The notes beneath the pieces are model-generated. The model saw only the letters and a list, made by a program, of their open reading frames with translations, searched no databases and was not told the origin of the DNA. 64,000 nucleotides of DNA from Podarcis muralis (taxonomy: Eukaryota): the NCBI RefSeq assembly GCF_964188315.1, contig NC_135667.1, positions 10,416,001 through 10,480,000 of the forward strand, in the 5' to 3' direction. This document shows, one piece after another, positions 25,134 to 38,038 of this stretch; position 1 is the first letter of the stretch; the number at the start of each line of letters is the position of its first letter. Both the position numbers and the translations under genes were made by a program.

Positions 25134-27405
25134 ATGACAGAAAAATTTGTGGTTCTGTTGGATCTGAGGCTACATGGACTTGCTAGAAGGTATAAATTTC
25201 CGGGTCCCTACTCTGGATCTTTGTAGAGTTTGCTTCTTAACTTTTTTGTCTGCCAAAGTTTCCCAAAGGCAATGGGTACAGATTTTATTTCAGGTTTTAC
25301 TCCCAAAGCCTTTTTCACGAATGAGTACAGCTGTAAAGCAGTTTTGGTTTAAGTTCAAAGTTTCCTTCTTCTAGATGGGCTCCCTTCCTATGTTGACGAG
25401 ACCCATCTGCCCCTCATTTCCTTCTGCAGCCCTTTCAGTAGAAACCTTGTTGAGCATTGGACCTCTTTTGCTCTCATCCACTCAATCTGCTATATCCTGT
25501 CTTTGCATGCTGAGAAATTCCCTAACTCGCTGAAGGTTTGAGATCCATTGGCTACACTCGCCTGGTGTAGGCTGCCAGTGAATCTGTTTCCTGGGTTGCA
25601 GGGGGCGGGGGATCAGAGGTAGACAAACTACACCAGAAGGAGGATGACTTGTTCCTCACTATAGTTACTACCCCTCCCCTAACACTCTATACATCCCTGT
25701 CATGTATTACTGTACCTTTGAATCAAATAGATTCTTAATAGCAAAACTGTCAGACTTTCAATTTAGAAAGGGTTACGTTCAGTCTATGGATGTTGTACAT
25801 ATATGAGTGCTTGATTATTAATAAAAAGTCTCATCAATTGTTTCAAGTAATCTGCATATTCATGTTGAAGACAACACAGGGTACCAGAAGGAACACACAT
25901 TGTGAAATAGTTGAGGGCTCTACAATCTTTATCTCTCTCTACACATTGGATATTACTATCTCTAATAGGACAAGACTTTTAGTCTTCTGAACTACACTTC
26001 TAACCAGACTGAAAGAGTTGTGGCAGAGAATATTTCAAGCATGCCAAATGGTGTCAGAGAATACAGATGTGTTTCTAAGGTCTATTGATGCTATTATCCA
26101 GGGTCCCCACATCTTGATAAGGTTTGAATGCTCTCCAGAATTGCTGCCACAAATCAATTAGGGCGATGGCAAACCATGTCTGATCAGTGTTACATAAGTG
26201 GGAGAATGAAGGATCTCCCAGATTAGGAAGCAGGGAAAGGATGGAGCCAGCACAACTCTAGATATTCTGCCATAGCAAGGAGTGAACTAGATGGCCTTGT
26301 AGGTTCATTCCTTGCCTATGATTTTGTGATGTTACAAATATAATTACATTGGCAGATCTGGCTTCCTGTCCACCAGCTGCAGTAATAGATGCTTTTGGAT
26401 TAACTATCTGCAGTCTGGATTCAGATCATTCTTCCTAGCCTGGAAAAAATGGTGAACACTGCTTTTTTACTGGAAGCCGAATCACAAGACAAAACGTTGC
26501 AGTGACTTTTGGAAACAGTGGGATAACTGCTTCTCCCAGGGCATAATGGGAACCATCAACAGCTGTAGGAATGAAGGATATAGCACCATATACGGATGGG
26601 AAAAGATCATGGGGTAAACCTAACATGCAGGAAAGAATAAGGGATACAGTTAGAGTTCCTCACTTAAAACTTTATATACATTACCTAATATTCCAACACA
26701 AATAGAAACACAAGACTGTAGCTGTTCTGTAAGGGATTATTTTATTTGCATGGAATGTAATGGAAATTATTAACACAGTGGAACACAGAAATAATGTAAA
26801 ACATGAAGCCATCAGATCTAGCATGCAAGGGGGGCAGTTTAATTAAATCATATAATTTGACATTTGAATAATTGTCATTCATAATTGCATTAATTAAATA
26901 AAATTGGTATTGTTATAATGAGGCTGGTATTGGAACAATATTGGGAAATCAATGAAAAATATATTTTTAAAAATAATAATAGTAATATTTTAGCAGTTCC
27001 TCTACTGCTGATGAGCCATAGAATCAAAAAATACTGCACAGGTGATTCTCTCCCCTATCATTATTAAAATTACAATAATCAATCCACCTGGCTGGTCCTC
27101 CAGATGTCACAGGGGGGGGGGAGAATCAACAAGCAAGCCTGAAATGATTATAACCTCCTCTGTGCTCCATAGACAACCAGGCTGGGCTCTGTTACTTATC
27201 AGTTATCAGTTTCCCTCTTTCATATCAAACCACTGCATCTTATTTGGTATCCAAGGCATTCTGTTGTGACAGTGTTCAAGTTGACAATAAGGTGGATACA
27301 TGTCATTTAAAGTGCCAAATAGACAGAGTCAGCTGCCACCCAATTTGTCTTGTTCAGGTCAGGTGGAGGAGAGGAATTATACTGTTGAGAGAAGCAGGGG
27401 AGTCC

Positions 27406-30400
27406 ATGCACACAAGTGTATTTGCCATCAGGATGTTGCTCCTGCTGCTCCTGCTGCTCCCCAATATAGTGTCCCAAGTACAAAGTGTTAAATGCACAAC
27501 AAATCATCCTGTTCATGTTCCACACGAGTGGCATGAGCCAGGTGACCTGGTCATTGGTGCAATGGCATCTCATATCTTTTACATAGTCCCCAAATTATCC
27601 TTCAAGAAACACCCTTCCCAGGTCTTCACTGATACCCCACTGTAAGTAACCGGTAATTAATATTATTTTATCTATTGCTTATAAGCTGTTTCTGACTGAA
27701 AATAATTTTTATTGATTGCGGGGGAATCTCTTCCACTTTATTTTTTGAACGTGGAGAGATTTTATTAGAAATCTCTCTGCACATAGGCTATGAACATTAA
27801 GCTTTTTTAAAAATCCAATTCTGTAAAGAGAGACAGAAAAAGGAGAAAGTGAAAAGAGATGGCATAAAAACACAGAGAAACATATAGCCAAAAGTGTACT
27901 CAACTTTGTTGGTGATACCCAAATTTTCAATGCGGTGAAAACAAACATGGGTTGCGGAAGATATCGAAGAAAAATGCAACAGCTTTTGCGTGCCCAGGTG
28001 GAGACTCCCCAACCCCAGACGACACCAGGTGGAATAATGAGTCGTGACAATGTGTTATGGCATTAAAATTGGTCAGAACTTTATTAAATTTTCAGATGTA
28101 GGAACACCTTGGCTTGGGCGATACCCAAATTTTCAAGCTGGTGAAAACAAACATGGGTTGCTGAAGATATCGAAGAAAAGTGCAACAGCTTTTTTAATGA
28201 CACAGTATTATTCCCGGGAAAATCAGAGGCTCACTATGTCAGGTTCGTACTGGAAGACCGGACAAATGCTAGAACGTTAGCAGTGGCAAAGTTTTTATCG
28301 GTGGTTGCAAGAACAAATGAGCCCTATATTCTAAACAAAATGCTTGATTAACCTGGAGGTAGGCTGTATGAGAGGGACGCGGGTGGCGCTGTGGGTTAAA
28401 GCCTCAGCGCCTAGGGCTTGCCGATCGAAAGGTCGGCGGTTCGAATCCCCACGGCGGGGTGCGCTCCCGTCATTCGGTCCCAGCGCCTGCCAACCTAGCA
28501 GTTCGAAAGCACCTTCGGGTGCAAGTAGATAAATAGGGACCGCTCCAGCGGGAAGGTAAACAGCGTTCCGTGTGCTGCGCTGGCTCGCCAGATGCAGCTT
28601 GTCACGCTGGCCACGTGACCCGGAAGTGTCTGCGGACAGCGCTGGCTCCCGGCCTATAGAGTGAGATGAGCGCACAACCCTAGAGTCTGTCAAGACTGGC
28701 CCATACGGGCAGGCTGTATGAATTGTGTATTGATTTGTAATGATTTGTTGGGTCCCTGGACCGTAATAAAGATTGATTCATTGATTGATTATTCTATTGC
28801 CTAAATAAATAAATAAACAAACTATTCTGGCTTTGTCCTCTCGTTTTAGGCAGGAGGTGAAACTCTCATATCTAGATTATGTTTAATTTTCCCACTCTCA
28901 CTCCATTTGCAGGATAGTGACAAAGTTCTACCAGCAAATCCTGGCCCTGGTGTTTGCTGTTGATGAGATCAACGAGAATCCCAGGATGTTGCCCAATGTC
29001 TCTCTCGGCTTCCACATCTATGACAGCTATTATGATTCAAAGATGACCTACCAAAACACTCTGGACCTGCTCTTTAAATCACATCACTTTGTTCCCAACT
29101 ACAGGTGTGGCATCCAGAAAAATGTCATAGGAGTCATTGGGGGACTTAGCTCTGATACCTCCTGGTGTATGGCAAACGTCTTAGGTCTTTTCAAGATTCC
29201 ACAGGTAGAATATGGGTTTTGGAAAACAGAGTTTTCATGCTTTCCTTGCAGTATGAATCTACTGATTCATACATATGGAGTGGGGAAATGGACAAAGTAA
29301 AAGAGCCATAATAAGCATATCCAACAATGTTTGTAAGAAGGGCAATTTGTGTTTAATAAATGTAATAGGAGATTTCTGTATAGCTGCCAGGTTTGTAAAG
29401 GAGGCACCTAGACTGGTTCATATACATCAATCCTGAATGCACTGCTCTGGCTTCCTGTGAGCTACTGAATATATGACATTGACATTGGTTCATAAGCAAA
29501 AATTACCGTACTCAGAAGACATTAACTAAAAATGTTCCTCCCCTTAAAAATCAAGATAGTCCTTTCCCAAAGTATGATGTTAATCAACGTTGTTCACTTT
29601 CAGAGGCTAATTGAAAAGGCTGTTTTCTTGCTATTGTTCTGTCACCTCTCACCTGTCATTTCAGAGCGTTATATAGTGGTTTCAGTATTGTGCTATTCTG
29701 CTTCATTGTTGGATTGCATTTTTCTTCTTTTAATCTTTCCTGGAATGTTTAGCATGGTGTTTCTGTATCTTACTGATATTTTATACGATGTGATTTATTC
29801 TGCTCAGCAAATAATAACATACGCAGTCTAATAGAGATCTTCAGGATTGCCCAAGATATCTTCCTGAGAGAGTTCTTAGCAGATGCAGAAGCAACCTCTC
29901 TCTACAAACGCTATAAAGGTTACAAAGCAAAAGAGCATGATCAACAATTTCTATTGCTCCACCTCCACATTGGACTTTTGTTCAATGATCCACTTAGCTT
30001 TGATAAATGTTCCTCTCTAATTGGAGACAATCAATATGTACAAGAATGAAGCTGTGATGATGCCATAATAACAACAATAAATATCTACAGGAACCATTGA
30101 GCAAAATTATCTCTGTTTTCTATGTAAGTTGGGTTTGGTGCTGTCCCTAAACTTGGTAAACTTGGAATATCGATTGAATATATATTCTATATATGTGTGG
30201 GGCGTGTTTAAATAAATTGGAATATCATGAGTTCTCGTTTCCACCTGGAAACGTTTGGCTTTTGCTTTTTCCAGATTTCATATGGTTCATTTGAACCAGC
30301 CATAAATGATGGAACCAAGTTCCCTTCCTTTTACCGCATGGTCCCCAATGAAGACCTTCAGTATCAGGGAATTATCCAGTTATTTCTGCATTTCAGATGG

Positions 30401-33400
30401 AAATGGGTTGGACTCTTGACTCCAGCTAATGAAGCTGGGGAACAGTTCTTACAGACAATTGAGCAAATGTTTTTAAAGAATGGAATATGTTCAGCATTTA
30501 CAGAAAGAGTTAAACCCAGTATACATTATAATGCTAACTTACTGGAAATGCTGGATGACTCAAGGATTTTGTTACCAACTTTCACAAACAGCAAAGCCAA
30601 TGCAGTCCTTGTATACGGAGAAAGTAGATTTATTATATGGTTGTCAGTTACTTTAAAGGTAATGGAGTTAACTCAGCTGCTATTTCTTCGTAAGAAGTCC
30701 CGTGAAGGAAAAGTATGGATTACAACTGCCCAAATTGATTTCATATTACATAGCCTTCAAGAAAGTATTGATGTTAATATACGAATGCTCCATGGTGCTA
30801 TATCCTTTGCAATTCACTTCAAGGAGATTCACAACTTTAAATACTTTCTTCAAAGTATACATCCTCATTTGACAGAGGCAGATGGTTTTATCCAAGATTT
30901 CTGGGAAGATGCATTCGGCTGTTCACTTTCAAATTCCACTTTCTCAACATTCTTTGATAAAATGTGTACTGGAGAGGAAATACTGGAGAACCTCCCGGCA
31001 CCACTTTTTGAAATGAGCATGACTGGCCACAGCTACAGTGTTTATAATGCTGTCTATGCTTTGGCTCATGCCTTAAATAGCATGCACTTGGCTGGAACCA
31101 TCCGTAACAGAAGAGGTGTTAAGGGAAAACTCTCTCCTCAATATGTAGATCCTTGGCAGGTATTGTTCCCTGTTACAAAGCATTCACTGCATTGGTCCAT
31201 TTTGTGAGTAGGCATTTAATCATCAGTAAAGAAATAAAAGAATAAAACTTAAGAAATTAAAAATAAATCTTAAGTAACTGTAGCTGTGCCAACCACCTCC
31301 TTCACACTGCAAACCCCTCCGTTTTCTCCCCATATCCCTCCCCAATTCTCTCTGTCTCTCTTACCTGTCCAGTTACCCAGTGGTGTAAGGTTGAGGGCCC
31401 CGGGCGCATAATTCTAAGGGAGCACAACCAGGACCCCAACCCCAGGCACTGGCTTTGGCAGGGATCCTCATATCAAAAAGAAAACAGAAGAGCAGCCCAT
31501 CAGGGAGCTGCCACTACCTGGACACGTCCTGGAAGGCCCCATTCCCAACTCCTCATCTTTCCCTGTATGCCCACCACCAGGGGCTTCTGGGCCTGAAGCC
31601 TCACTTGTAGGCTAGCAACTGTGTGATCACTGTCTCTAGACCCTGCTTTTCTCCTTTCTCCTCTTCTGCCTCTGAGTCTGGATTTCAGTCTTCCACAGCC
31701 TCTTCCTGCTCCCTTAACTCTGTTGCCTCTTCTGTTTCTGACACCTTCTCCTCCCAGTCTGCTCCCTCTTCTCCCACTGACCACTCATTGTTTTCCCACC
31801 ACCAATCCCCTGGCTCTGAGCCTTGAGGGTTGCCCAGCTGGAGCCTCCTACCCTTTCTTTACATCCAGCCAATCCCTAACACCAATGCTCAAGTCTACTC
31901 TATAAACAAAGGAAAGGTCCAGTCAGACGTTCTCATGTTGCCTTCCAATGTTTTGAGAGAATGAGCTCCCATCTCTTCTCTTACTTGACTTCTCAAATTC
32001 CTTCCCTTTCATGGGTTTTGACAAAGGTTGATCCCAAGCAAACAGATCTATAGGCTTAACTGTCCTTCACATATCTTTATGGAAGGCTCTTTACTGTTGA
32101 ATTGAGACTGATTCATGATTTCCCACTCCTCCTGCATGTGCAACTGAAATATTGCTCTCCATTGTGAACTGAAGTGTTTAACTGCTAAAGGAAAAGGATT
32201 TGATTCCATCTAGGGGTGCTATCTTAATCAGAATGCTTTATAGATATTTTTATTCTCTTCCTCTTAGCTCCATTCATTTCTGCAGAAAATCTCATTCAAC
32301 AACAGTGCTGGGGATGAAATTACATTAAATGAGTATGGAGAGTTAGCAGCTGGCTTGGATATTACCAACTTGGTCACTTTCCCAAATAATTCATATGTCA
32401 GGGTGAAAGTGGGAAGGTTGGATCCTCAGGCCCCTCCAGGGAAAGAGCTCACCATTAATGAAGACAGAATCAAATGGCACAGACGCTTCACTAAGGTATG
32501 GAAAATAAATGCACAGTCCCTGGAATTCCATAATTTGTGGTTATCTCCAATATGGGATGTAATAGCACATTATTAACTTTGATATTCACTATTGAAAATC
32601 TGGCTTAAAATAAGAAGATTTCAATCTGCATGAATATTACTTTGATGGAGAAATACTCTATTTGAAAGAGTGACTTTTCCTCTATGTTTGCACCTTCAGC
32701 TTCTGAGGCCCTGCCTGTTTGACTGTGTACATGATAAGATACTGCATGTGAGACTGAAATTCCCTTTATTTTTATTTTATGCCTATAAAGAATCTAGGAG
32801 AAAATGTTGTCCTATAAGAAATACTGTAAGATCTAACAGTAAATTAAAGAATGAGCCAAAATACCCCAAAAAATCAAGAGGCACAAAAGAAATCTCACAC
32901 TAAGAAGGAAGAATGGCTATCAGAGAGTCCAGCATTGGCCAACATTCTTGTTTGTGGAATCCCTGAGGCAAATCTTCAGTTAGCGGCATTGGATTGAAGA
33001 CTATGCCAGCTATATCATTGTTTGGAATGAGAATGAACATTATAATCTTCTTGAGTTTGTATGATGCTAATTTCAGGGTCCATACATCTAGGAGCAGCTG
33101 TAGCTGGTGAATAGGTCTAAGGTGGGTGCAAGCCCTTCTAGCCACAGAAGCAACTTTAGTGATGAGTTAGAATCAAGGAGTACTCCCAGACTTAAGAACT
33201 TCTGGCTTCAGAGAGTGTGCAACCTCTCCCAGAACAGGTCAGGAGTAGGAACCCCATACCCAAAGCATTTCCCTCCTATCAGGATTCAGCCCCCATACAA
33301 TCCATCACTCTCTCCAGACAGCTGCCCAGTACCTTCACCACCTCCTCTCATTCCAATGGAATGGAGAGATAGAGCTGCAGATCATCAGCATACAGATGGC

Positions 33401-35496
33401 ACTGTGTTCCAGATCCTAGGATATGATTCTGAAGAGTTTCATACAGGTGATAAATGGCAACAAAACACAGAATGGGTCTTAAAGGGACACCGAAGCCCAA
33501 AAGCCATGGAGTGGTTTCCTAGTACTAGTTTCTCAGAGTGACCCTGCAGGTAGGAACAGAACCTCTGTAATGGGGTGCCTTTAATTCCCATCTCCTTGAG
33601 TCACAACAAAGAACATATATGAAATCCTTTAAGAAAATGCAGTTAGGTTCTGAGGTGAAATTAGACTGAATTATGGCACAGCTGTAAGGGTGGATGATCT
33701 AGGTATGAATATTGCAGTTTTCTTGAGTTTGTATAATGCTTAGAGGAGCAGCTATTTACCCCACTGTATGTGACACCTGTGCTCCTATGGATTATACATT
33801 TCACACTATTAGTCCTTGTATTTACTGTTAAATCACCTGATATTGGATACTAGATAAATCCCCCCCCCCCAAAAAAAATTAACTTTTCCTACCTCTTTGG
33901 ATAGGTGCCGCCCCCTTCTGTATGTAATGACATCTGCCATTCTGGATACAGGAAGACAAAGAAGGAGGGGAAGAAGTTTTGCTGTTATGATTGTGATCCA
34001 TGTCCAGAAGGAATGATGTCAAATGAGAAAGGTGGACAATGTCATCTTAAGACAATACCAAACAATGCAATTCCATGGTTATTAATCTGCTGAAGGAGAG
34101 AAGGTTTAAATTAAATTGATGTGTTGATCTCATTGTTTATAGACAACATCAAAATATTTTTATCTTTAAAATATTTTGAAGAATTTTAAAAAATATATAT
34201 TTTACCTTCACCTTCTATAAAATTAGCGTGGAATAGAATTGGTGATTTCTCCTCTAAGAGTTAGGTTGTTTGACAAGAGGGTGAATGTCTCATTAAACTT
34301 GCCTTTCTGGACTCCAAATATTTCAGCTGTAATTTATTACTTAATTTGCTATACAGTTTATGTGGTTCTTAGACCAAGCAGGGGGACTGTAAGAGCAGAT
34401 GTCCTCCATGTAGAAAATTATGGGTTTGATTCATGAGATTTATTTTTGATACTTCTAGGTTAAAAGCATTTGGGCTTGAAGTTCTTAAACATTTTTAGGT
34501 GGAAACCATTGTGCTAGATGGATTATTGATGAGGAAATTCTTAAAAATAGTTTTGGATGCTTCAAACTGTCATGCATTGTATCTTTGTTTTCAGACATGG
34601 AAACATGTGTCAGTTGCCCAGCAGATCAGTATCCAAACAGCGGCCAGGATCTATGCATTCCTAAGATACCAAACTTCCTAGCCTTTGATGAAACCTTGGC
34701 CATTGTTTCAACATCCTCTGTGCTTCTCTTCTCTCTGATCACAGTTTTAGTGCTAGGCATCTTCATTAAGCATCGCAATACAGCCATAGTCAAAGCCAAC
34801 AACCGAAGCCTCACCTATGGTCTCCTTATCGCCCTCCTCTTGTGTTTCCTCTCTTCTTTGTTGTTCATCGGAAAACCTAATATGGTGACCTGCCTTCTCC
34901 GACAAACTGCTTTTGGCATTGTCTTCTCTGTGGCCCTCTCCAGCACCTTAGCCAAAACCATATTGGTGGTTTTGGCATTCATGGCTACCAAACCAGGATC
35001 CAATATGAGGAAATGGGTAGGCAAAGAACTGGCTTATTCCATTGTCTTTTCCTGCTCCATTGTTCAAGTAGGAATCTGTGTCCTCTGGCTGGCAACCTCT
35101 CCCCCATTCCCAGATGTGGACATGCACTCAATGCCTGAAGAAATCATATTTCTTTGTAATGAAGGGTCAGTCTCCATGTTCTATTGTGTTTTGGGCTACA
35201 TGGGCTTCCTGGCCATTATCAGCTTCACTGTGGCCTTCCTAGCCAGGAAGTTGCCTGACACTTTCAACGAAGCCAGGTTCATCACCTTCAGCATGCTGGT
35301 CTTCTGCAGTGTTTGGCTCTCCTTCATTCCAACCTACCTGAGCACCAGAGGAAAATACATGGTGGCTGTGGAGATCTTCTCCATCTTTGCTTCTGGTGCT
35401 GGGTTGCTGGCTTGCATTTTCACCCCTAAATGCTACATTATTGTGTTGAGGCCTGACCTGAACAACAGAGAGCAGCTAACAAAAAGAAAGGTATAA
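27406..35496 (+). CDS. Vomeronasal type-2 receptor (V2R-C), complete, 889 aa predicted
   Basis: Exons 27406-27641, 28913-29204, 30275-31159, 32268-32495, 33905-34031, 34595-35496 (2670 nt, open frame), all AG/GT. Confidence 0.95.
28214..28787 (+). mobile_element. 5'-truncated non-LTR retrotransposon 3' end with (ATTG)n tail, clade uncertain
   Basis: 7-bp TSD attattc (28207-28213, 28788-28794); short frame [31 protein letters not shown]...stop; aataaagattgattcattgattg tail. Confidence 0.65.
28372..28710 (+). mobile_element. Sauria SINE nested in the LINE fragment
   Basis: Full head gggacgcgggtggcgctgtggg, B box ggttcgaatcc; 11-bp TSD aggctgtatga (28361-28371, 28711-28721); lacks the ACCTTT tail. 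Confidence 0.92.
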
Positions 35497-36126
35497 ATGA
35501 CAGTGGAATTTGTGGTTCTTTTGGGTCTGAGGCTGCATGGACTTGCTGGCTGGTATCACCTTCTGGGTCCATACTCCAGATATGTGTAGTGTTTGCTCCT
35601 TACCTTTTTCTTCTCCTGCATTCCCATGGGTGTCCCACATTTCTGCTCAAAGGGCTCTGTTTCTTTGTGCTATGCTCCACTCCTCCTTTCTTCCCACCCA
35701 GTGCAGCCCTGACCTCTGCTTGCCCTTCAGAGCCAGTGTGTCACATGGTACTGGGCCTTGGCTGCAGCCGCCTCTCATCCTTCTTGCCCACTCTCCAGCA
35801 GCTGCTACAATCTGCCCAAGGGAAGAGGATGGCAGTAGCGTCCATGGAGAGGCAATGGAATGCTCCCTCACAGCAGCTACAGCAGCTATTGTTCAGGACA
35901 AGCACCAACTCATTTTCCTCCCAAAGCTTCAGAGCAGCAGCCCTGGCAAAGGAAATAGATATATTCTAGGATCACATCAGAAGCCAGGATGGTTTTTTTT
36001 AAATTCTGGGACTGTCCCTGGAAAATCGGTACACTCAGAGGGTATGCGTATGGATGGAACAATATTCCTTCTCCCAATAAGTGCTCATAAGAACATCGTT
36101 GCAAAGGGAATAATTGGACACAGGGT

Positions 36127-36322
36127 GGTTGCATCATGGAATTGATTATTTTGTATAATTCCAAATCATCCATGTTTTAATGAGGGCCTCTTGAGTTTGC
36201 CATTAGCACCATTAACTCAAAACAACCCAGGTCTCACAGGCATAACTTCCCATCACTTGAGGAGTGCAATTTGACTAGAGAGCAGAGCGGAAAGGAGAAG
36301 TAGGAGATACACAGGGTATAAA
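36127..36322 (+). promoter_or_regulatory. Candidate OR1 promoter (homeodomain site, O/E-like site, TATA)
   Basis: Block ggttgcatcatgga...ttttaatgagggcctcttgagttt...attaactcaa shared with OR2 and OR3 upstream regions; TATAAA at 36317-36322. Confidence 0.55.
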
Positions 36323-37078
36323 TATGGGGGGTGAGAATGAGAGGGCAGGTCTTTAGGAGAAAGTCAATTTCCTGGTATTTTCCTTGCAAAGCTAGAGTTG
36401 CCATTTCCTTCAGGTGGGTCCTTCCTTTGAACCTGACCAGCTATTTCAGAAGAATACGTTAGTTCTTGATAACAAGGTAAAGCTTATTGTTGACAAAGTC
36501 GTATCTTCCTTAAAGCTGGGAAAGAGCATTTGGGGAGTGATCAGAGGGTAAAAGAATAGGATTCAAATGCTAAAGTATTTCAAGTAGGAATGTTATACTG
36601 ATGATGGATAAAATCATGCAGACTGCATTAAAAAAAACCTTTCTAGATTTATTCCCATTGTTGTCTGCACCGAGATCTTCAGCTGATGGGCCTTGTATGA
36701 TGTATAAAGATTTGTGTGATGTATAAAGATCCACAGGTGAATAATGGTTTCAAGACATGTGAATTCCCATACCTTAGAGTAGTAGAGGTTAGGAAAATGT
36801 ATTGATTTCAATCCAGAAACAGATTCTCTTCAGAGCAGCATGAAAACCAAGTGTATATAATCACTGTATTAAAGGGGTTGTTAGACTACAAGTGTCTTAA
36901 AATGACATTTCTCTATTTTTATCTCTAAACATTATCCTAAATAGTTCACTCTGGGAAACATCTCAGGATAAACTGGTCTGAGCTGACACATCCGGCCAAG
37001 AGATGCTGACTTGCTTGCCCTTCAATCTGTGACCATCAACGCCATATATTTTGTTCTCCCATGATGCGTACTGCCTGA

Positions 37079-38038
37079 ATGGCGTGTGGAAACGTAACAT
37101 CGGTCCTTGAACATTTTGAACTTCTAGGATTCCTGTACCCCAAAGACCTAAAGTCCATGTTGCTCTTCTTCTTCTTCTTCATGTACATATTGTGTCTTTC
37201 CGGAAATGGCTTGATCCTCTTAGTGGTAGGACTGGAACCCCACTTGCACAAGCCTATGTACTGGTTCCTCTGCCACCTGTCCATCATAGACATGATGGTC
37301 TCCTCAGTGGTAGTGCCCAAGTTGATTGTTTGGCTGATGGGAGGGAATGGGGCCATCTCCTTTGCAGGGTGTGTAGCCCAGCTCTTTTTCTTCCACTTCC
37401 TGGGCTGCACAGAATGCTTCCTGTACACTGTGATGGCCTTTGATCGCTTCCTGGCCATCTGCAAACCACTACACTACAGCACCATCATGAACCACCGTGT
37501 GTGCTTCTACCTTTCTGCTGGCACCGTGTTGGGAGGTGCTCTGCACTCTGCTCTAGAGACTTCCCTCACCTTCCATTTGCCATACGGACGGGGGAACCAG
37601 GTGAACTTCATTGTCTGCGACATCCCAGCTGTGCTGAAGCTGGCCTGCGTGGACACATCCCTCAATGAGATGGTGACTTTCATTGACGTGGGGTTGGTCG
37701 CCATGGCTTGCTTCCTCCTGATCCTGACATCTTACGTTTATATCATTTGTGCCATCCTGAGAATTCCCACTGCCAAGGGCAGACACCGTGCCTTTTCCAC
37801 TTGCACAGCCCATATCACCTTGGTGATGATCTATTACGTGCCTGTTGTTTACAACTACCTGAGGCCAGCGTCTCAGGAATCCTTTGACGGCATCATTGCC
37901 ATGTTTTATGCAGCAGTGACCCCCTTTTTAAACCCTCTCATATACACACTGAGGAACAATGAGATGAAAGTGGGTTTGAAGAAATTGTGCAGTACAAAAT
38001 GGCAGGGTCCTCACAAGTCGGTTCAAGCGTGGTGCTGA
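37079..38038 (+). CDS. Olfactory receptor, class II (OR10-family-like), OR1, 319 aa
   Basis: Single-exon 7TM with LHKPMYWFLCHLS, MAFDRFLAICKPLHY, RAFSTCTAH, PFLNPLIYTLRN. Confidence 0.96.
   Translation: MACGNVTSVLEHFELLGFLYPKDLKSMLLFFFFFMYILCLSGNGLILLVVGLEPHLHKPMYWFLCHLSIIDMMVSSVVVPKLIVWLMGGNGAISFAGCVAQLFFFHFLGCTECFLYTVMAFDRFLAICKPLHYSTIMNHRVCFYLSAGTVLGGALHSALETSLTFHLPYGRGNQVNFIVCDIPAVLKLACVDTSLNEMVTFIDVGLVAMACFLLILTSYVYIICAILRIPTAKGRHRAFSTCTAHITLVMIYYVPVVYNYLRPASQESFDGIIAMFYAAVTPFLNPLIYTLRNNEMKVGLKKLCSTKWQGPHKSVQAWC

Noticed and set aside
35537-36145. 202-aa ORF between V2R-C and OR1
   Set aside because: Starts in the V2R 3' flank, crosses the homology breakpoint, no recognisable motifs; equivalent frames in A and B close early.
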